Source of the DNA: Spirochaetia bacterium
Lineage (GTDB): Bacteria; Spirochaetota; Spirochaetia; DSM-2461
Direction: 5' to 3'
Assembly (NCBI GenBank): GCA_963668315.1
Contig: OY764216.1
Span: 2,144,001 to 2,208,000 of the forward strand
DNA length: 64,000 nucleotides
In this document: in pieces, positions 9,938 through 19,953 of the stretch
Layout of the letters: the number at the start of each line of letters is the position of its first letter
Numbering within the stretch: the first letter of the stretch is position 1
Position numbers and translations under genes: made by a program
Notes under the pieces: generated by a model
What the model was told of the DNA's origin: nothing
Database searches by the model: none
What the model saw: only the letters and a program-made list of their open reading frames with translations

Positions 9938-10705
9938 TTATCTCGCCAGCCATCCGCCATCCACGTTGATGACGGCACCGTGGATATAAGCCGCGGCGGG
10001 AGAACAGAGAAACAGAACCGTTCCCGCGATGTCGTCCGCATTGCCCCAGCGTCCGGCGGGAATTCTTTCCAGTATCTGGCGGCTGCGCGTATCGTCGTTT
10101 CTCAGCGCTTCGGTGTTGTCCGTATCGATGTAGCCGGGAGCCACGGCGTTCACGTTTACCCCTTTGGACGCCCATTCACAGGCCAGGGCTTTCGTCAGCT
10201 GGCCGATGGCGCCTTTGCTTGAGGAGTACCCGGGAACGTTGATTCCTCCCTGGAAAGTAAGAAGAGAGGCGGTATTGACGATCTTACCGTAGCCTCTTTC
10301 CACCATGTCCCGGCCGAATTCGCGGGAGAGCAGGAAGGGGGCATCGATATTGACCTTCATGACGCTGTCCCAGTACTCATCGGGGTGTTCCGCCGCCGGT
10401 TTACGCAGGATCGTGCCCGCATTGTTTATGAGAATATCCACGGGGGGATGGTTTTTCTTGATTGATTCGACCAGGGAATAAAGAGCTTTTCTGTCCCCCA
10501 GGTCGCAGGGGTAGGCCGTTGCCTTAACCCCCATGGAGGCGATGCTCGTGATAACCTCATCTTTTTCGGAAATGCTGGCGGATACGGCGATGATATCGGC
10601 TCCCGCACCGGCCAGGGCTTCCGCTATGGCCCGTCCGATTCCCCGTTTGGCTCCCGTAACCAGGGCCGTTTTTCCCTGTAAATCAAAGTCCAGCAGATTT
10701 TTCAT
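9938..10705 (-). CDS. kduD: 2-dehydro-3-deoxy-D-gluconate 5-dehydrogenase-like SDR
   Basis: TGAKRGIG, NNAG, YSSSK catalytic motif, NVNAVAPGYI.T.NT.ALR, RIPAGRWG, VDGGWLAR. Confidence 0.85.
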   Translation of the reverse strand: MKNLLDFDLQGKTALVTGAKRGIGRAIAEALAGAGADIIAVSASISEKDEVITSIASMGVKATAYPCDLGDRKALYSLVESIKKNHPPVDILINNAGTILRKPAAEHPDEYWDSVMKVNIDAPFLLSREFGRDMVERGYGKIVNTASLLTFQGGINVPGYSSSKGAIGQLTKALACEWASKGVNVNAVAPGYIDTDNTEALRNDDTRSRQILERIPAGRWGNADDIAGTVLFLCSPAAAYIHGAVINVDGGWLAR

Positions 10706-10800
10706 TTCACATTCCTTTTATTGGTTGTTTTATGCCATAGAATAGCATAAGTGCCGTCGGCCCGGCTATAGGATCTCGCCCTCCCCGGGGGGAGATATTT

Positions 10801-11481
10801 TTATTCGTAGAAATATTCCGGAAGGGTTCTGACTCTTTCCAGAGCTTCCCTGCGGCTGGTGACTTCCAGCTTAGAATAAATCGTGCTGATGTAGTTCCTG
10901 ATCGTCTGATCTCCCACATGGATTTTGTCGGCTATTTCTCCGTTGGTGAGCTCGCTGAGCATATAGCGCAGAATCTGCTTTTCCCGGGGACTCAGCTCGC
11001 CGTACCAGAGGGGCATCTCCCGGCGGCTGCTGCGAAAAGCATCCTTTTCGTTATCGTAGACATGGTTTATAAGACTGCCGGCCACTTTGGGAGAAATAAG
11101 AATGGAGCCGGCCGCCACGGCCTTAATGCTGGATACCAGCATGGGGGGATCGATATTTTTAAGCATGTAGCCTTCCGCCCCGGCGGTCATGGCCTCTTTG
11201 ACGTAATCGTCGTCTTCGAAGGTCGTGAGCATGATAATCTTCACATGGGGTGATCTTTTCTTTATGGCGCGGACGGCGGCCACACCGTCCATGACGGGCA
11301 TGCGGACGTCCATGAGGATAATCTGGGGATCCATCGCTTCGTAATTTTTCAAGGCGTCATCTCCGTTCTCCGCGATTCCCACTACCTTGATATCCTCATT
11401 CTGGTTCTCCAGTACGATTCTAAGGCTTTCGAGGAAAAGACGCTGATCGTCCACCAGCATCAACCGGATTATTCCGTCCAT
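10801..11481 (-). CDS. NarL/LuxR-family DNA-binding response regulator
   Basis: Receiver (VDDQ, LMDVRMP, LTTF) plus LuxR HTH (LSPREKQIL, TNGEIA, TIRNYISTIYSKL). Confidence 0.93.
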   Translation of the reverse strand: MDGIIRLMLVDDQRLFLESLRIVLENQNEDIKVVGIAENGDDALKNYEAMDPQIILMDVRMPVMDGVAAVRAIKKRSPHVKIIMLTTFEDDDYVKEAMTAGAEGYMLKNIDPPMLVSSIKAVAAGSILISPKVAGSLINHVYDNEKDAFRSSRREMPLWYGELSPREKQILRYMLSELTNGEIADKIHVGDQTIRNYISTIYSKLEVTSRREALERVRTLPEYFYE

Positions 11482-12716
11482 AGGGCCTCCCCGTAATTTT
11501 CGGGCATGCGGGCCCGAATCATGAAGCCGCTCTTCAAATTCACCGCTTCCAGTTCACCGCCGACTTCGGCCAGCCTTTCGGACATGCCCGAGAGCCCCAC
11601 TCCCTCTACTATTTTCTCTGCGCCGCGCCCGTTGTCCTCTATGACGGTGAGCCAGCTATCTTTCTCTTTCCAGAAATGGATATCTATCTGAGTGGCCATC
11701 CCGTGGCGGAAGGCATTTGTCATTCCCTCCTGGATAATTCTGTAGAGCGCTTTGGTCTGCCGCGTGTCCAGGCCGTCGGGGAAATAGGTATAATCCACTC
11801 TGACTTCCACCGAAGAGAGCTGCTCGAAGGTCTCCGTCAATTTCTGAATCAGCCTTATGGGGGCTTCCCTTTCTATATGGGAAGAATGGAGACTCCTGAG
11901 GGTCGTCCTCGCTTCGGCTATTCCCTTTTCTATCTGCACTTTCGACTCCTTGAGGATCTCCTCGAGGCGGGCGTCATTCCTGTTTTCCATGGAAAGGACG
12001 GCCTGTACGATCATGAGCTGATTGGTCATGGTGTATCCCACGATGTCGTGAATCTCCCGGGATATGCGCCGGCGCTCCTTGTTTATTCCCTCCGATTCCA
12101 TTTGGACGGCATGGCTCTGGTAGTCCAGATTCACTTCGGTGAGCCGGTTTAGCGCCCTGTCCAGGCGGGTGAGGTCTTTTCTGTTCTGCTCCAGCTTGAG
12201 CGTCCTCTGCTTGAGCAGAACGGCCATGATGAGGATGGTGAACAGAAAAAGCCCCATAAGGAGCAGGGAATAGCGTCCGGGTGAGGCGACGGTGACGTCC
12301 CATGATTGATTTTCCCCCTGGGAGGAGAGAATGATAATCGATAGGAGAAGGGAGAGGAATATGCCCTCTCTGAAATCCAGGTAGAAGACGGCCTCTATGA
12401 TGATAAGGCCGGTAAGGTACATTTCCGGTGCGTAATAGCTGCCCAGGGGATAACCGAGCAGCAGGGTGGTTAAGAAACGCAGGAGTATGAGAACCAGGCT
12501 GGCCCGGCTGTTTTCCAGGAAGAATCCGGCGATGGAGCAGAGAAGGGAGAAGAGCAGTAAAGCGGTAAACTGATGGGACCAGTGGGCGGGTAGGAATAAT
12601 CCCTCCTCAAGGCTCCGGTAGTCCCAGTACAGGGCGACATGTATGGCCAAAGCCAGGATCAGGAGGAAAAGGGAGTATCCCTTATGAAATAGGTATTTTC
12701 GGCCGGCGGAAGTCAT
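11469..12716 (-). CDS. Membrane-bound sensor histidine kinase (HisKA_3, NarX-like)
   Basis: Several N-terminal TM helices; ERRRISREIHD H-box; QEGMTNAFRHG; EDNGRG; GLSGM.ER. Start at 12716 chosen from the upstream TGGTATAAT. Confidence 0.92.
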   Translation of the reverse strand: MTSAGRKYLFHKGYSLFLLILALAIHVALYWDYRSLEEGLFLPAHWSHQFTALLLFSLLCSIAGFFLENSRASLVLILLRFLTTLLLGYPLGSYYAPEMYLTGLIIIEAVFYLDFREGIFLSLLLSIIILSSQGENQSWDVTVASPGRYSLLLMGLFLFTILIMAVLLKQRTLKLEQNRKDLTRLDRALNRLTEVNLDYQSHAVQMESEGINKERRRISREIHDIVGYTMTNQLMIVQAVLSMENRNDARLEEILKESKVQIEKGIAEARTTLRSLHSSHIEREAPIRLIQKLTETFEQLSSVEVRVDYTYFPDGLDTRQTKALYRIIQEGMTNAFRHGMATQIDIHFWKEKDSWLTVIEDNGRGAEKIVEGVGLSGMSERLAEVGGELEAVNLKSGFMIRARMPENYGEALWTE

Positions 12717-12781
12717 CGTAGGAGGATTATACCATAAAATCCTGCCGGAGCCGATCCTTATTGCCATGTCCTGCGGTTCTG

Positions 12782-13615
12782 TCAGCCCTTGATCGCTCCC
12801 GCGGTCAGTCCTTCGATGAATTGTTTGGACATCATCAGATAAAGGGCCATGACCGGGACCGCGGAGAGGGTGAGCACGGCGAGAATCCGGGACCAGTCTG
12901 TCTGGTATTGTCCGAAGAGCCGGGTCACACCGAGAATCAGCGTTTTATGCTCTTCCCGGTTAATAAACAGCAGGGGAAACCAGAGGTCGTTCCAGAAGGG
13001 AACGAGATTGAATATGGCCACCGTCCCCAGGGCCGGGCGCAGCAGAGGAACCAGAATCGATCGGTATATGCGGAACCGCCCCGCCCCGTCTATGGTGGCG
13101 GCCTCCGTCAGATCGTCGGGAATCTGGCGTATGAATTCGCTCAGAACGAATACGGCGATAGGCATTCCCATGGCAACATATACGGGGTAAAGGCTCCAGA
13201 ATGTATTGAGAAGTCCCAGCGTATTGATTATCTGCAGAAGATTAATACTCCCTATGCGGATGGGGAACATCATTCCGGCGATGATGAAGCCGTATATCCA
13301 TCGGGAGGCTTTGCTTTTCCAGTTGACCAGAGCATAGGCGGCCAGGGAACCGAAAAAGAGTATCAGCAGTATGGAGCCGATGGTGACCAGCAGGGAGTTG
13401 CGGAAATACAGGGGGAATTCGCTGTTTTTCAAAACCGTCAGATAACTCTGGAAATTCCACTTAGGGGGAAGCCAGAAGGGATTTTTGTAAATGTCCAGCT
13501 TCATTTTCAGAGAGTTGATAATCATGGTCCAAACGGGGAAGAGGACCATAAGCGTCCAGAATCCCAGGAAGATATGGGGCAGTATATTTTTCTCTTTTCC
13601 TCTCTCTTTCATCAT
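12782..13615 (-). CDS. Carbohydrate ABC transporter permease (MalG-like)
   Basis: EAA loop EAATIDGAG; NSLLVT, AAYAL and WNDLWFPL motifs. Confidence 0.93.
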   Translation of the reverse strand: MMKERGKEKNILPHIFLGFWTLMVLFPVWTMIINSLKMKLDIYKNPFWLPPKWNFQSYLTVLKNSEFPLYFRNSLLVTIGSILLILFFGSLAAYALVNWKSKASRWIYGFIIAGMMFPIRIGSINLLQIINTLGLLNTFWSLYPVYVAMGMPIAVFVLSEFIRQIPDDLTEAATIDGAGRFRIYRSILVPLLRPALGTVAIFNLVPFWNDLWFPLLFINREEHKTLILGVTRLFGQYQTDWSRILAVLTLSAVPVMALYLMMSKQFIEGLTAGAIKG

Positions 13616-14544
13616 TTTTCCTCCCGGTTGGCTATACTCATTATGAGAGCGACTCCCACGGCCAGCAGCAAAAAGGTCAGGGTGGCCACGGCCGCTCCCA
13701 TTCCCCTGTCCGGAATGCCCACGGGATGCTGGCCGGCTATGCCGATGCGGTAGAAGAAGGTTCCCATTATATCGGTGGCGAATTGGGGCGCCCCGTTAAC
13801 ATTCTCCATGGCGAAGACGACATCGAAGGCGTTGAAGTTGTTCACGAAGGTGAGAATGGCCACTATCCCTATGATGGGGCGGAGCAGGGGGAGCTTGATT
13901 TTCCAGAACATTTTCCAGGGGGATGCCCCGTCGATGGCCGCCGCTTCGAAGAGATCCTCGGATATGTTCTGAAGGCCGGCGAGGAACATCATCGTAGGCA
14001 TTCCCACCCATTGCCAGGAGGATACGAGGGAGATTGTTACAAGGGCCGTATTCGGTTCCCCCAGCCAGGCGAAGGGTTCCGCCATCAGGCCCAGCTTACC
14101 AAGGAGAAGGTTCAGAGCGCCCCACTGGGGATTGAGGATAAGCTTCCAGAGGTAACCGGTTACGAGAATGGAGAGCGTGGCGGGAAGGAAGATCACCGTC
14201 CGGTAGAAGTCGCTTCCCTTCAGGCCCTTGCTGGTCAGAAGATTGGCGAAGAGAAGACCCAGCACATTCTGTATGACCATGTGGATCCCGAAAAAGACCC
14301 AGGTATTTTTAAAGGCGCCCCAGTAGCGTTCGGAAATCTGGGGATCCTTGAATAGTCGGATATAGTTGTCAAAACCGATAAACCGGGTAAGCTCGAATCC
14401 CGAACCGGTGAAGAAGGAAAGCCTGAGCGAATTCAGGAGAGGATAAGCCATAAAAAAGGTGTAGACGAGCAGGGCGGGAAGAAGGTAGAACACCCACGTC
14501 CAGTTTCTCCCTTTTCTTTTTCTGTTTGTTTTCTCGGATAACAT
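13612..14544 (-). CDS. Carbohydrate ABC transporter permease (MalF-like)
   Basis: FIGFDNY, FLAGLQNI.EDLFEAAAIDGAS and IKLPLL motifs. Confidence 0.93.
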   Translation of the reverse strand: MLSEKTNRKRKGRNWTWVFYLLPALLVYTFFMAYPLLNSLRLSFFTGSGFELTRFIGFDNYIRLFKDPQISERYWGAFKNTWVFFGIHMVIQNVLGLLFANLLTSKGLKGSDFYRTVIFLPATLSILVTGYLWKLILNPQWGALNLLLGKLGLMAEPFAWLGEPNTALVTISLVSSWQWVGMPTMMFLAGLQNISEDLFEAAAIDGASPWKMFWKIKLPLLRPIIGIVAILTFVNNFNAFDVVFAMENVNGAPQFATDIMGTFFYRIGIAGQHPVGIPDRGMGAAVATLTFLLLAVGVALIMSIANREEK

Positions 14545-14560
14545 GATGAGTCCTCGGAAT

Positions 14561-14597
14561 AGCTCCGCCCCTTACGGGAGAGACGGAGCTTTTTTTT
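14561..14597. terminator. Intercistronic stem-loop between the binding-protein and permease genes
   Basis: AGCTCCG(14561-14567)/CGGAGCT(14584-14590). The T-tract is on the + strand, antisense to the operon, so on the mRNA it is more likely a stabilising hairpin. Confidence 0.55.
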
Positions 14598-14615
14598 AGG
14601 TGATCTATTGAATTT

Positions 14616-15890
14616 TTACTGAGCGGGCGGATACCATTGGGCCAATCCTTCGGCGAAGGCGTCGGCGGCCTGCCTGGGAGTCAGCTCGTCGGTAAGCACT
14701 TCGATAGAGCCGTTCATCATCAAGTCGTAACCGCTGGGCGTTCCGCCCAGGAGTTCGGGCCATGCCCAGCGGACATCGGTTCCCCGTCCCTTGTTCATCG
14801 CCAGGAAGCTGTTGGCATGGGCATCGGGGATATCGATGGCATTGGAGGACATGGGAAAAAACCCCGTAGGCAGATATTCGGCCAGAACCTTGGCTCCCTC
14901 TTCCGTACTGAGCCAGGCGAGGAAAGCCTTGGCTTCTTCGGGATGCTCCGTCGCCGTGTTCATGGTCATGCCCGCATCGGCGTGGAAGCAGACATAACCC
15001 TTGTCTCCCTTGTGGGGAACGGGGGGAGGGAAGACATCCCATGCGAAGTCTACGCCGTCATAGGTTCCGATGGACCAGGACCCGTCGAAATACATGGCCG
15101 CCTGCCCAGTGGCGAAAAGGGCGTTTGAGTCGTTATATCCCAGCGCTTTGTATCCGGAAGGCAAATAGGGCTGCAGGGAGTCCATGGCTTCGAAGAGGGC
15201 CACGACTTCGGGCCCGTTGAACTTCTTCTCTCCCCGCTCGTAGGCCAGACGACCTTCGTAACCGCCGATGAAATTAGGGGCGATGCTCATGAAAACCACT
15301 TCGGCGATGTCCCATTCGTCGGCCAGTCCATTGGCGAAGGGAATATAGCCGGCGGCCTGAATCTTCCCGGCGGCAGCGAGCAGTTCGTCCCAGGTCTCGG
15401 GAACGGAAACTCCTGCTTCGGCGAAGATATCCTTATTGTAGTATACCCCGTGGGAAACGGCTACGAAAGGCACGGCGAACGAGCGTCCGTCCGGCGTGGC
15501 CCAGGGGGATCTGGTCCCCTCGTCATAGGCCGTCTGCACGCCGGGCACATCGCTCACATCGGCGAAGTGACCGTCTTCGAAGAGCTGGAGGCCCGTGGCG
15601 TAAGAGCGGGCGTACATAAGGTCCGGGCCGGTTCCGCTCTCCAGCTGCAGACGCAGGGTCGCGTTATAATCCGGGGGATTCGTGGGCTGGAACTGAATTT
15701 CAATCCCCGGATGGGTTTCACTGAATGCGGACAGCACCCCGTTCATCTGTTCCACGTCGTCGGTTCTCCAGGAGCCCATCGTCAGGACTACCTTGTCTGA
15801 AGCGGATGTTCCCTCTTTTCCGCCGTTGGCAAAAAGCCCGGCCGATAAGAGTACCAATGTCATGAGAAAAAGCAGCAGTTTTTTCATCAT
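14616..15890 (-). CDS. Carbohydrate ABC transporter substrate-binding protein (family 1)
   Basis: GPDL, VYYNKDIF..AGV.VPETWDEL and F..GQAAMYFDGSW motifs; signal peptide ending LFA-NGGKE. Confidence 0.92.
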   Translation of the reverse strand: MMKKLLLFLMTLVLLSAGLFANGGKEGTSASDKVVLTMGSWRTDDVEQMNGVLSAFSETHPGIEIQFQPTNPPDYNATLRLQLESGTGPDLMYARSYATGLQLFEDGHFADVSDVPGVQTAYDEGTRSPWATPDGRSFAVPFVAVSHGVYYNKDIFAEAGVSVPETWDELLAAAGKIQAAGYIPFANGLADEWDIAEVVFMSIAPNFIGGYEGRLAYERGEKKFNGPEVVALFEAMDSLQPYLPSGYKALGYNDSNALFATGQAAMYFDGSWSIGTYDGVDFAWDVFPPPVPHKGDKGYVCFHADAGMTMNTATEHPEEAKAFLAWLSTEEGAKVLAEYLPTGFFPMSSNAIDIPDAHANSFLAMNKGRGTDVRWAWPELLGGTPSGYDLMMNGSIEVLTDELTPRQAADAFAEGLAQWYPPAQ

Positions 15891-16007
15891 CCTATCTCCT
15901 TCATTATTTTTCTGATAAAATAATATCCTTTTAAAAAAAGCGGGAATAGTTACATTTGTACTCAGTTGTGTACTTTTCCCGGTGTAATTGCCGGTTCAAG
16001 GGGATTC

Positions 16008-16036
16008 TTGACAGAAGGGTGAGGGGGTCTTAGAAT
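16008..16036 (+). promoter_or_regulatory. sigma70 promoter, probably giving a leaderless mRNA for the acyltransferase-rlmN operon
   Basis: TTGACA-N17-TAGAAT; ATG 6 nt after the -10; no SD. Confidence 0.75.
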
Positions 16037-16042
16037 CGGTTT

Positions 16043-16933
16043 ATGACATTAGCCTATTACAACAAACCCTTTTCCCCCGATGTGATCGCCGGTTTCTTCC
16101 GTGCGATCGTCCGCGTGCCCGGGGCTCTTTTAGCGGTTTTACTGACTTTTCTTGTCTTCATCCCGATTAATCTTGTTTTACCGCCCGAACCGCGCCGGAA
16201 GAACCGGGCGGCCTTCCAGAAGTTCCTCATGTCCCTTCTGCTGCGTATTCTGGGGGTGCGGGTGATTAGGAAAGGGACTCCTCCCGCTGAAAAATCCTTC
16301 TTCATCGCAAACCATCTGGGGGTGATCGACGTCTTTACGGTCATGGCCGAGACGGGGGCGAGACTGATCGCCAAGGATTCCCTGAGCCGTATCCCCCTTT
16401 TCGGGACGTTCATGAAGCTTTTCGGCGTGATATTCATCCGCAGGGACAGTCTGGAAGATATGCACCGGGTTGCCGAAGAGATGAAAAAAGCCTATGACGA
16501 AGGCGACCCTCTGGCCTTTTTTCCCGAAGGGACTACTTCCCGGGGCGAGGGAATACGGACTTTTCTAGGGGCTCTGTTCCTGCCTGCCGTTCTTTCCGGG
16601 GCTCCCGTTTATTACGCGACCATACGCTTCCATGTCCCCTCTCCCCGCTGGCCCCTCGCCAGTGTCTGCGCCTGTCAGGTGGGGGGAACCAACTTTATCC
16701 GCCACCTCGTTCTCCTGGCATTCCTGCCCCGCACCGAGGTTCACATCACCTACGGAGAAGAGCCCCTTGCCGGTCTGCGCAGGAAGGAGCTTGTCAGCGC
16801 GCTGGAAAGCAGGATGATCGGTCAGTTTCAGGTAATGGATCAGCTCTCCGATGATGAGCTCAAAGAGCTCTTTCCCCCTTCTGCCAGGGAGTCCCTCAAG
16901 CTAAAGTCCCGTCCCTTCCTGGAGAAAAGGTGA
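16043..16933 (+). CDS. 1-acyl-sn-glycerol-3-phosphate (lysophospholipid) acyltransferase family protein
   Basis: NHLGVID (HX4D), IFIRR and FFPEGTTS blocks. Confidence 0.88.
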   Translation: MTLAYYNKPFSPDVIAGFFRAIVRVPGALLAVLLTFLVFIPINLVLPPEPRRKNRAAFQKFLMSLLLRILGVRVIRKGTPPAEKSFFIANHLGVIDVFTVMAETGARLIAKDSLSRIPLFGTFMKLFGVIFIRRDSLEDMHRVAEEMKKAYDEGDPLAFFPEGTTSRGEGIRTFLGALFLPAVLSGAPVYYATIRFHVPSPRWPLASVCACQVGGTNFIRHLVLLAFLPRTEVHITYGEEPLAGLRRKELVSALESRMIGQFQVMDQLSDDELKELFPPSARESLKLKSRPFLEKR

Positions 16934-17997
16934 TGGATATTCTCAATTTTACCCGGGAGGGAATGATTCAGATGGTCGCCGACCGGTACGGCCGGGGGGA
17001 GTGGCACGGGGACGGACTATTTTCCCACCTCTACGAAAAGGGGACCCTGGCGGGATTGGAGGAACACAAGGCTTTCCGGGATAATCCGGCCCTGGCCGGG
17101 AAAATACGGAAGGATTGGTCCTTTGAACTGCCGCGGCCCGGAGGAGAAGCCGGAGAGGAGGGAACGGTGAAAGCGCTTCTGAACTATTCCGATCCTCCGG
17201 GAGGATCAAGTGAATCGGTCTTTATCCCCATGCACGGCCATAACACCCTGTGCCTTTCCTCCCAGGTGGGATGCGCCCGGGGGTGTTCCTTCTGCCGTAC
17301 CGCCCGGATGGGGCTTGTGAGAAACCTTGAGGCGGGGGAAATTACCGCCCAGTTTCTCCATCACCGCTTCAGGGAGAAGAGGGATATCAGGAATGTGGTT
17401 TTTATGGGAATGGGGGAACCCTTCGACAATTTCGATAATGTGATGAAAACCGTGGATATTCTGTCCGACCCGCATGGAGTCAACCTCTTCAAGCGGTTTA
17501 TCTCCCTCTCCACCTGCGGGCACGGCGATGGTCTGGCACGGCTCGCCCGGCTGATAGAAGAGAAGCCCGAAGAGGGATACGGTTCTCTCCGCATCGCCCT
17601 GAGCGTCAACGCTTCCCGGAATGATCTGAGAAGCCGCCTGATGCCGGTAAACAGAATCTGGCCTTTGGAAATCCTCAGGGAACGTCTGGCCGCCCTTCCC
17701 CAGAGCACGAAAAAAGACCGCCTCTATTTCGAATATGTCCTGATCCGCGGCGTCAATGATACCCGGAGGGATGCCGATGACCTGCTGGCTTTTCTGGACG
17801 GCCTGGGGGGGAAGGTGAATCTTATTCCCCTGCACGGAGGAGAAAACGTTCCCTCCGCCGAAGAACTGGACCGTTTCTGGCAGTGGATCATCCAGGGAGG
17901 GCGGGAGTGCCGGACCCGCAAGAGCAAAGGCAAGGATATCCTGGCGGCCTGCGGACAGCTGGCTGCCGGTCAGGCCGGATCGTCATCCCCGGAATAA
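16930..17997 (+). CDS. rlmN: 23S rRNA (adenine2503-C2)-methyltransferase RlmN family radical SAM enzyme
   Basis: CLSSQVGCARGCSFC, VVFMGMGEP, FEYVLI.GVND, KVNLIP, DILAACGQL. Start is GTG 16930 or ATG 16933. Confidence 0.88.
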   Translation: MMDILNFTREGMIQMVADRYGRGEWHGDGLFSHLYEKGTLAGLEEHKAFRDNPALAGKIRKDWSFELPRPGGEAGEEGTVKALLNYSDPPGGSSESVFIPMHGHNTLCLSSQVGCARGCSFCRTARMGLVRNLEAGEITAQFLHHRFREKRDIRNVVFMGMGEPFDNFDNVMKTVDILSDPHGVNLFKRFISLSTCGHGDGLARLARLIEEKPEEGYGSLRIALSVNASRNDLRSRLMPVNRIWPLEILRERLAALPQSTKKDRLYFEYVLIRGVNDTRRDADDLLAFLDGLGGKVNLIPLHGGENVPSAEELDRFWQWIIQGGRECRTRKSKGKDILAACGQLAAGQAGSSSPE

Positions 17998-19112
17998 CGG
18001 ACGAGAAGGGCTTTTCTCTGCTCATCATTATCGTGGTTATCCAGGGCCGCCCGGCGTATCTTCTCCTCGCTTTTCATAAAGGCATCCACGATGAGGGGAT
18101 CAAAAAGGGTGCCCCTGTTGTCACGGATGAATTCGACGGCCTTCCTATGGCTTCGGGAGAGGCGGTAATTTTTTGAGGTGATGAGGTTGTCGTAAACATC
18201 GGCCACGGCCATCAGCCTGGAGGGGAGGGGAATCTCATCGCCCCTTAATCCCTCGGGATAGCCCGAACCGTCCCATCTTTCATGGTGGGAATAGGCTATT
18301 TCCCGGGCGTAGTGCAGATAGGATGTGGTTCCCAGTTCTCTTTCGGCGGCCAGCAGGGCATCCCTTCCCAGGATGGTGTGTTTTTTCAGCAGTTCGAACT
18401 CTTCGTCGGTCAGGTCCTCTCTTTTCTGAAGGATACTGTCGGGAATACCCACTTTGCCTATATCGTGGAGCATGGCCGATTTGGCTATCATGTTGATGTA
18501 GCCCGGATTTCTCTCGGGATCCAGCTCGGAAAAGTGGCCGTCCACCACGAGCTGGATGGAGAGAATCTTGATATAGTCGGCTATCCTGGTAATATGGAGG
18601 CCCCCGTCGTTATCCCGTTTTTCTGCCAGTGTGGCCATGCATTCAATGGTAACGTCCTGCACCAGATTGGTTTCCAGGGTTCTGGCCTGTACCTGCTTTT
18701 CCAGCTCTCTCGTCTGGTTCTGCAGCTCTTTCCGGGCTTCCTGGAGCTCGAGCTGCTGCTTTATCCTGATTCTGGTGAGTCCCGGATTGAGCGGTTTGAC
18801 TATATAGTCATCCGCACCCAGTTTCAGTCCCATGGTCTCATTCCGTGAATCCCCCAGGGAGGTAATGAATATGACGGGGACTTTCTGCGTTCGGGGTGAC
18901 TGGCGGATTCTTTCGCAGAGGGTGAAGCCGTCGATATGGGGCATCTGCACATCCAGGAGAAACAGATTGGGAATGGGATCCTCCTCGATCCTTTCGAGCC
19001 CGATGCGGCTGTCCGTGAAGCCTTCTATCTCGTAACCCTCGCCCAGAAATTCGGAAATCAGGTCAGTTGAAGCCTTTGAGTCGTCTATAATGACAATCCG
19101 GGGTTTTTCCAT
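17970..19112 (-). CDS. Response regulator with HD-GYP cyclic di-GMP phosphodiesterase domain (RpfG-like)
   Basis: Receiver domain plus MLHDIGKVGIPD, HHERWDGSGYP and AVADVYD. Confidence 0.93.
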   Translation of the reverse strand: MEKPRIVIIDDSKASTDLISEFLGEGYEIEGFTDSRIGLERIEEDPIPNLFLLDVQMPHIDGFTLCERIRQSPRTQKVPVIFITSLGDSRNETMGLKLGADDYIVKPLNPGLTRIRIKQQLELQEARKELQNQTRELEKQVQARTLETNLVQDVTIECMATLAEKRDNDGGLHITRIADYIKILSIQLVVDGHFSELDPERNPGYINMIAKSAMLHDIGKVGIPDSILQKREDLTDEEFELLKKHTILGRDALLAAERELGTTSYLHYAREIAYSHHERWDGSGYPEGLRGDEIPLPSRLMAVADVYDNLITSKNYRLSRSHRKAVEFIRDNRGTLFDPLIVDAFMKSEEKIRRAALDNHDNDEQRKALLVRYSGDDDPA

Positions 19113-19119
19113 GGTCTTA

Positions 19120-19953
19120 TTACAGGTACTTTTCTAAAAGGACACCTTCCCTCCTAGGTAAATTATACAAGGAGGTTTTTTTAATAACAAGCCGAATTTT
19201 CCTTTCGGCTCTTTTCACTGATTTTCTGAAGGAAAGTCCATTCAGAAGATATCCCGTCAAAAGGGAGGTGAAGATATCGCCCGTTCCGGGAAAACTCTGC
19301 TGTACCTTTCTGACCGATGAGATAAAGAAAGAGGAGTCCCGCCTGTCCCAGCCTGCCAGGGCGATGCGTTTTTTTCCGGCTTCCTTCAGGGGGACGCTTG
19401 TGATGACGATAAGATCCGGCCCCATGCGGGAAAGCCTTTCAAGCCAGTCGGCCAGCTCATCCCTGCTCAGGAAAGGACGGTAGGGTTCACCGAGCAGAAG
19501 GGCGGCTTCGGTAAAATTCGGTGTGATGAGATGGGCCCGGGAGCAGAGATCTTTCATGGATTCCACCATCGCCTGAGAGTAGGGACCGTAGAACTCCCCG
19601 TCGTCGCCCATGACCGGATCCACGACCACCAGCTGACCCGGCCGGGAAAAGCGGTCTATGAAACGTCTGACAAGCCCGGCCTGTTCGGGGGAGCCGAGAA
19701 AGCCTGAATAGATGCTCTCGAAGGTCACATCCTCTTCGGCCCACCGGTCCATAATCCTTTCCATGCTCTCCGAGAGATCCAGGAAGTAATAATCGGAATA
19801 CCCGTCTGTCTGAGAGGAGAGGAGAGCCGTGGGCAGAGGGCAGACCTGCACGCCGAGGCGGGAGAGAACGGGCATTACGGCCGTCAGGGAGCAGCGCCCC
19901 AGACCGGACAGGTCATGGATGGCCGCCAGCCGGGGTACGGGAGAACGGGTCAT
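19120..19953 (-). CDS. pdxK: Pyridoxal/pyridoxamine kinase
   Basis: HDLSG.GRCSL, SGFLGS, VVVDPVMGDDG, ITPNFTEA, PGTGDIF. Confidence 0.9.
   Translation of the reverse strand: MTRSPVPRLAAIHDLSGLGRCSLTAVMPVLSRLGVQVCPLPTALLSSQTDGYSDYYFLDLSESMERIMDRWAEEDVTFESIYSGFLGSPEQAGLVRRFIDRFSRPGQLVVVDPVMGDDGEFYGPYSQAMVESMKDLCSRAHLITPNFTEAALLLGEPYRPFLSRDELADWLERLSRMGPDLIVITSVPLKEAGKKRIALAGWDRRDSSFFISSVRKVQQSFPGTGDIFTSLLTGYLLNGLSFRKSVKRAERKIRLVIKKTSLYNLPRREGVLLEKYL

Noticed and set aside
16930..17997. Radical SAM enzyme as a Cfr resistance gene or RiPP maturase
   Set aside because: Motifs and length fit housekeeping RlmN; no SPASM domain, precursor peptide or mobile context.
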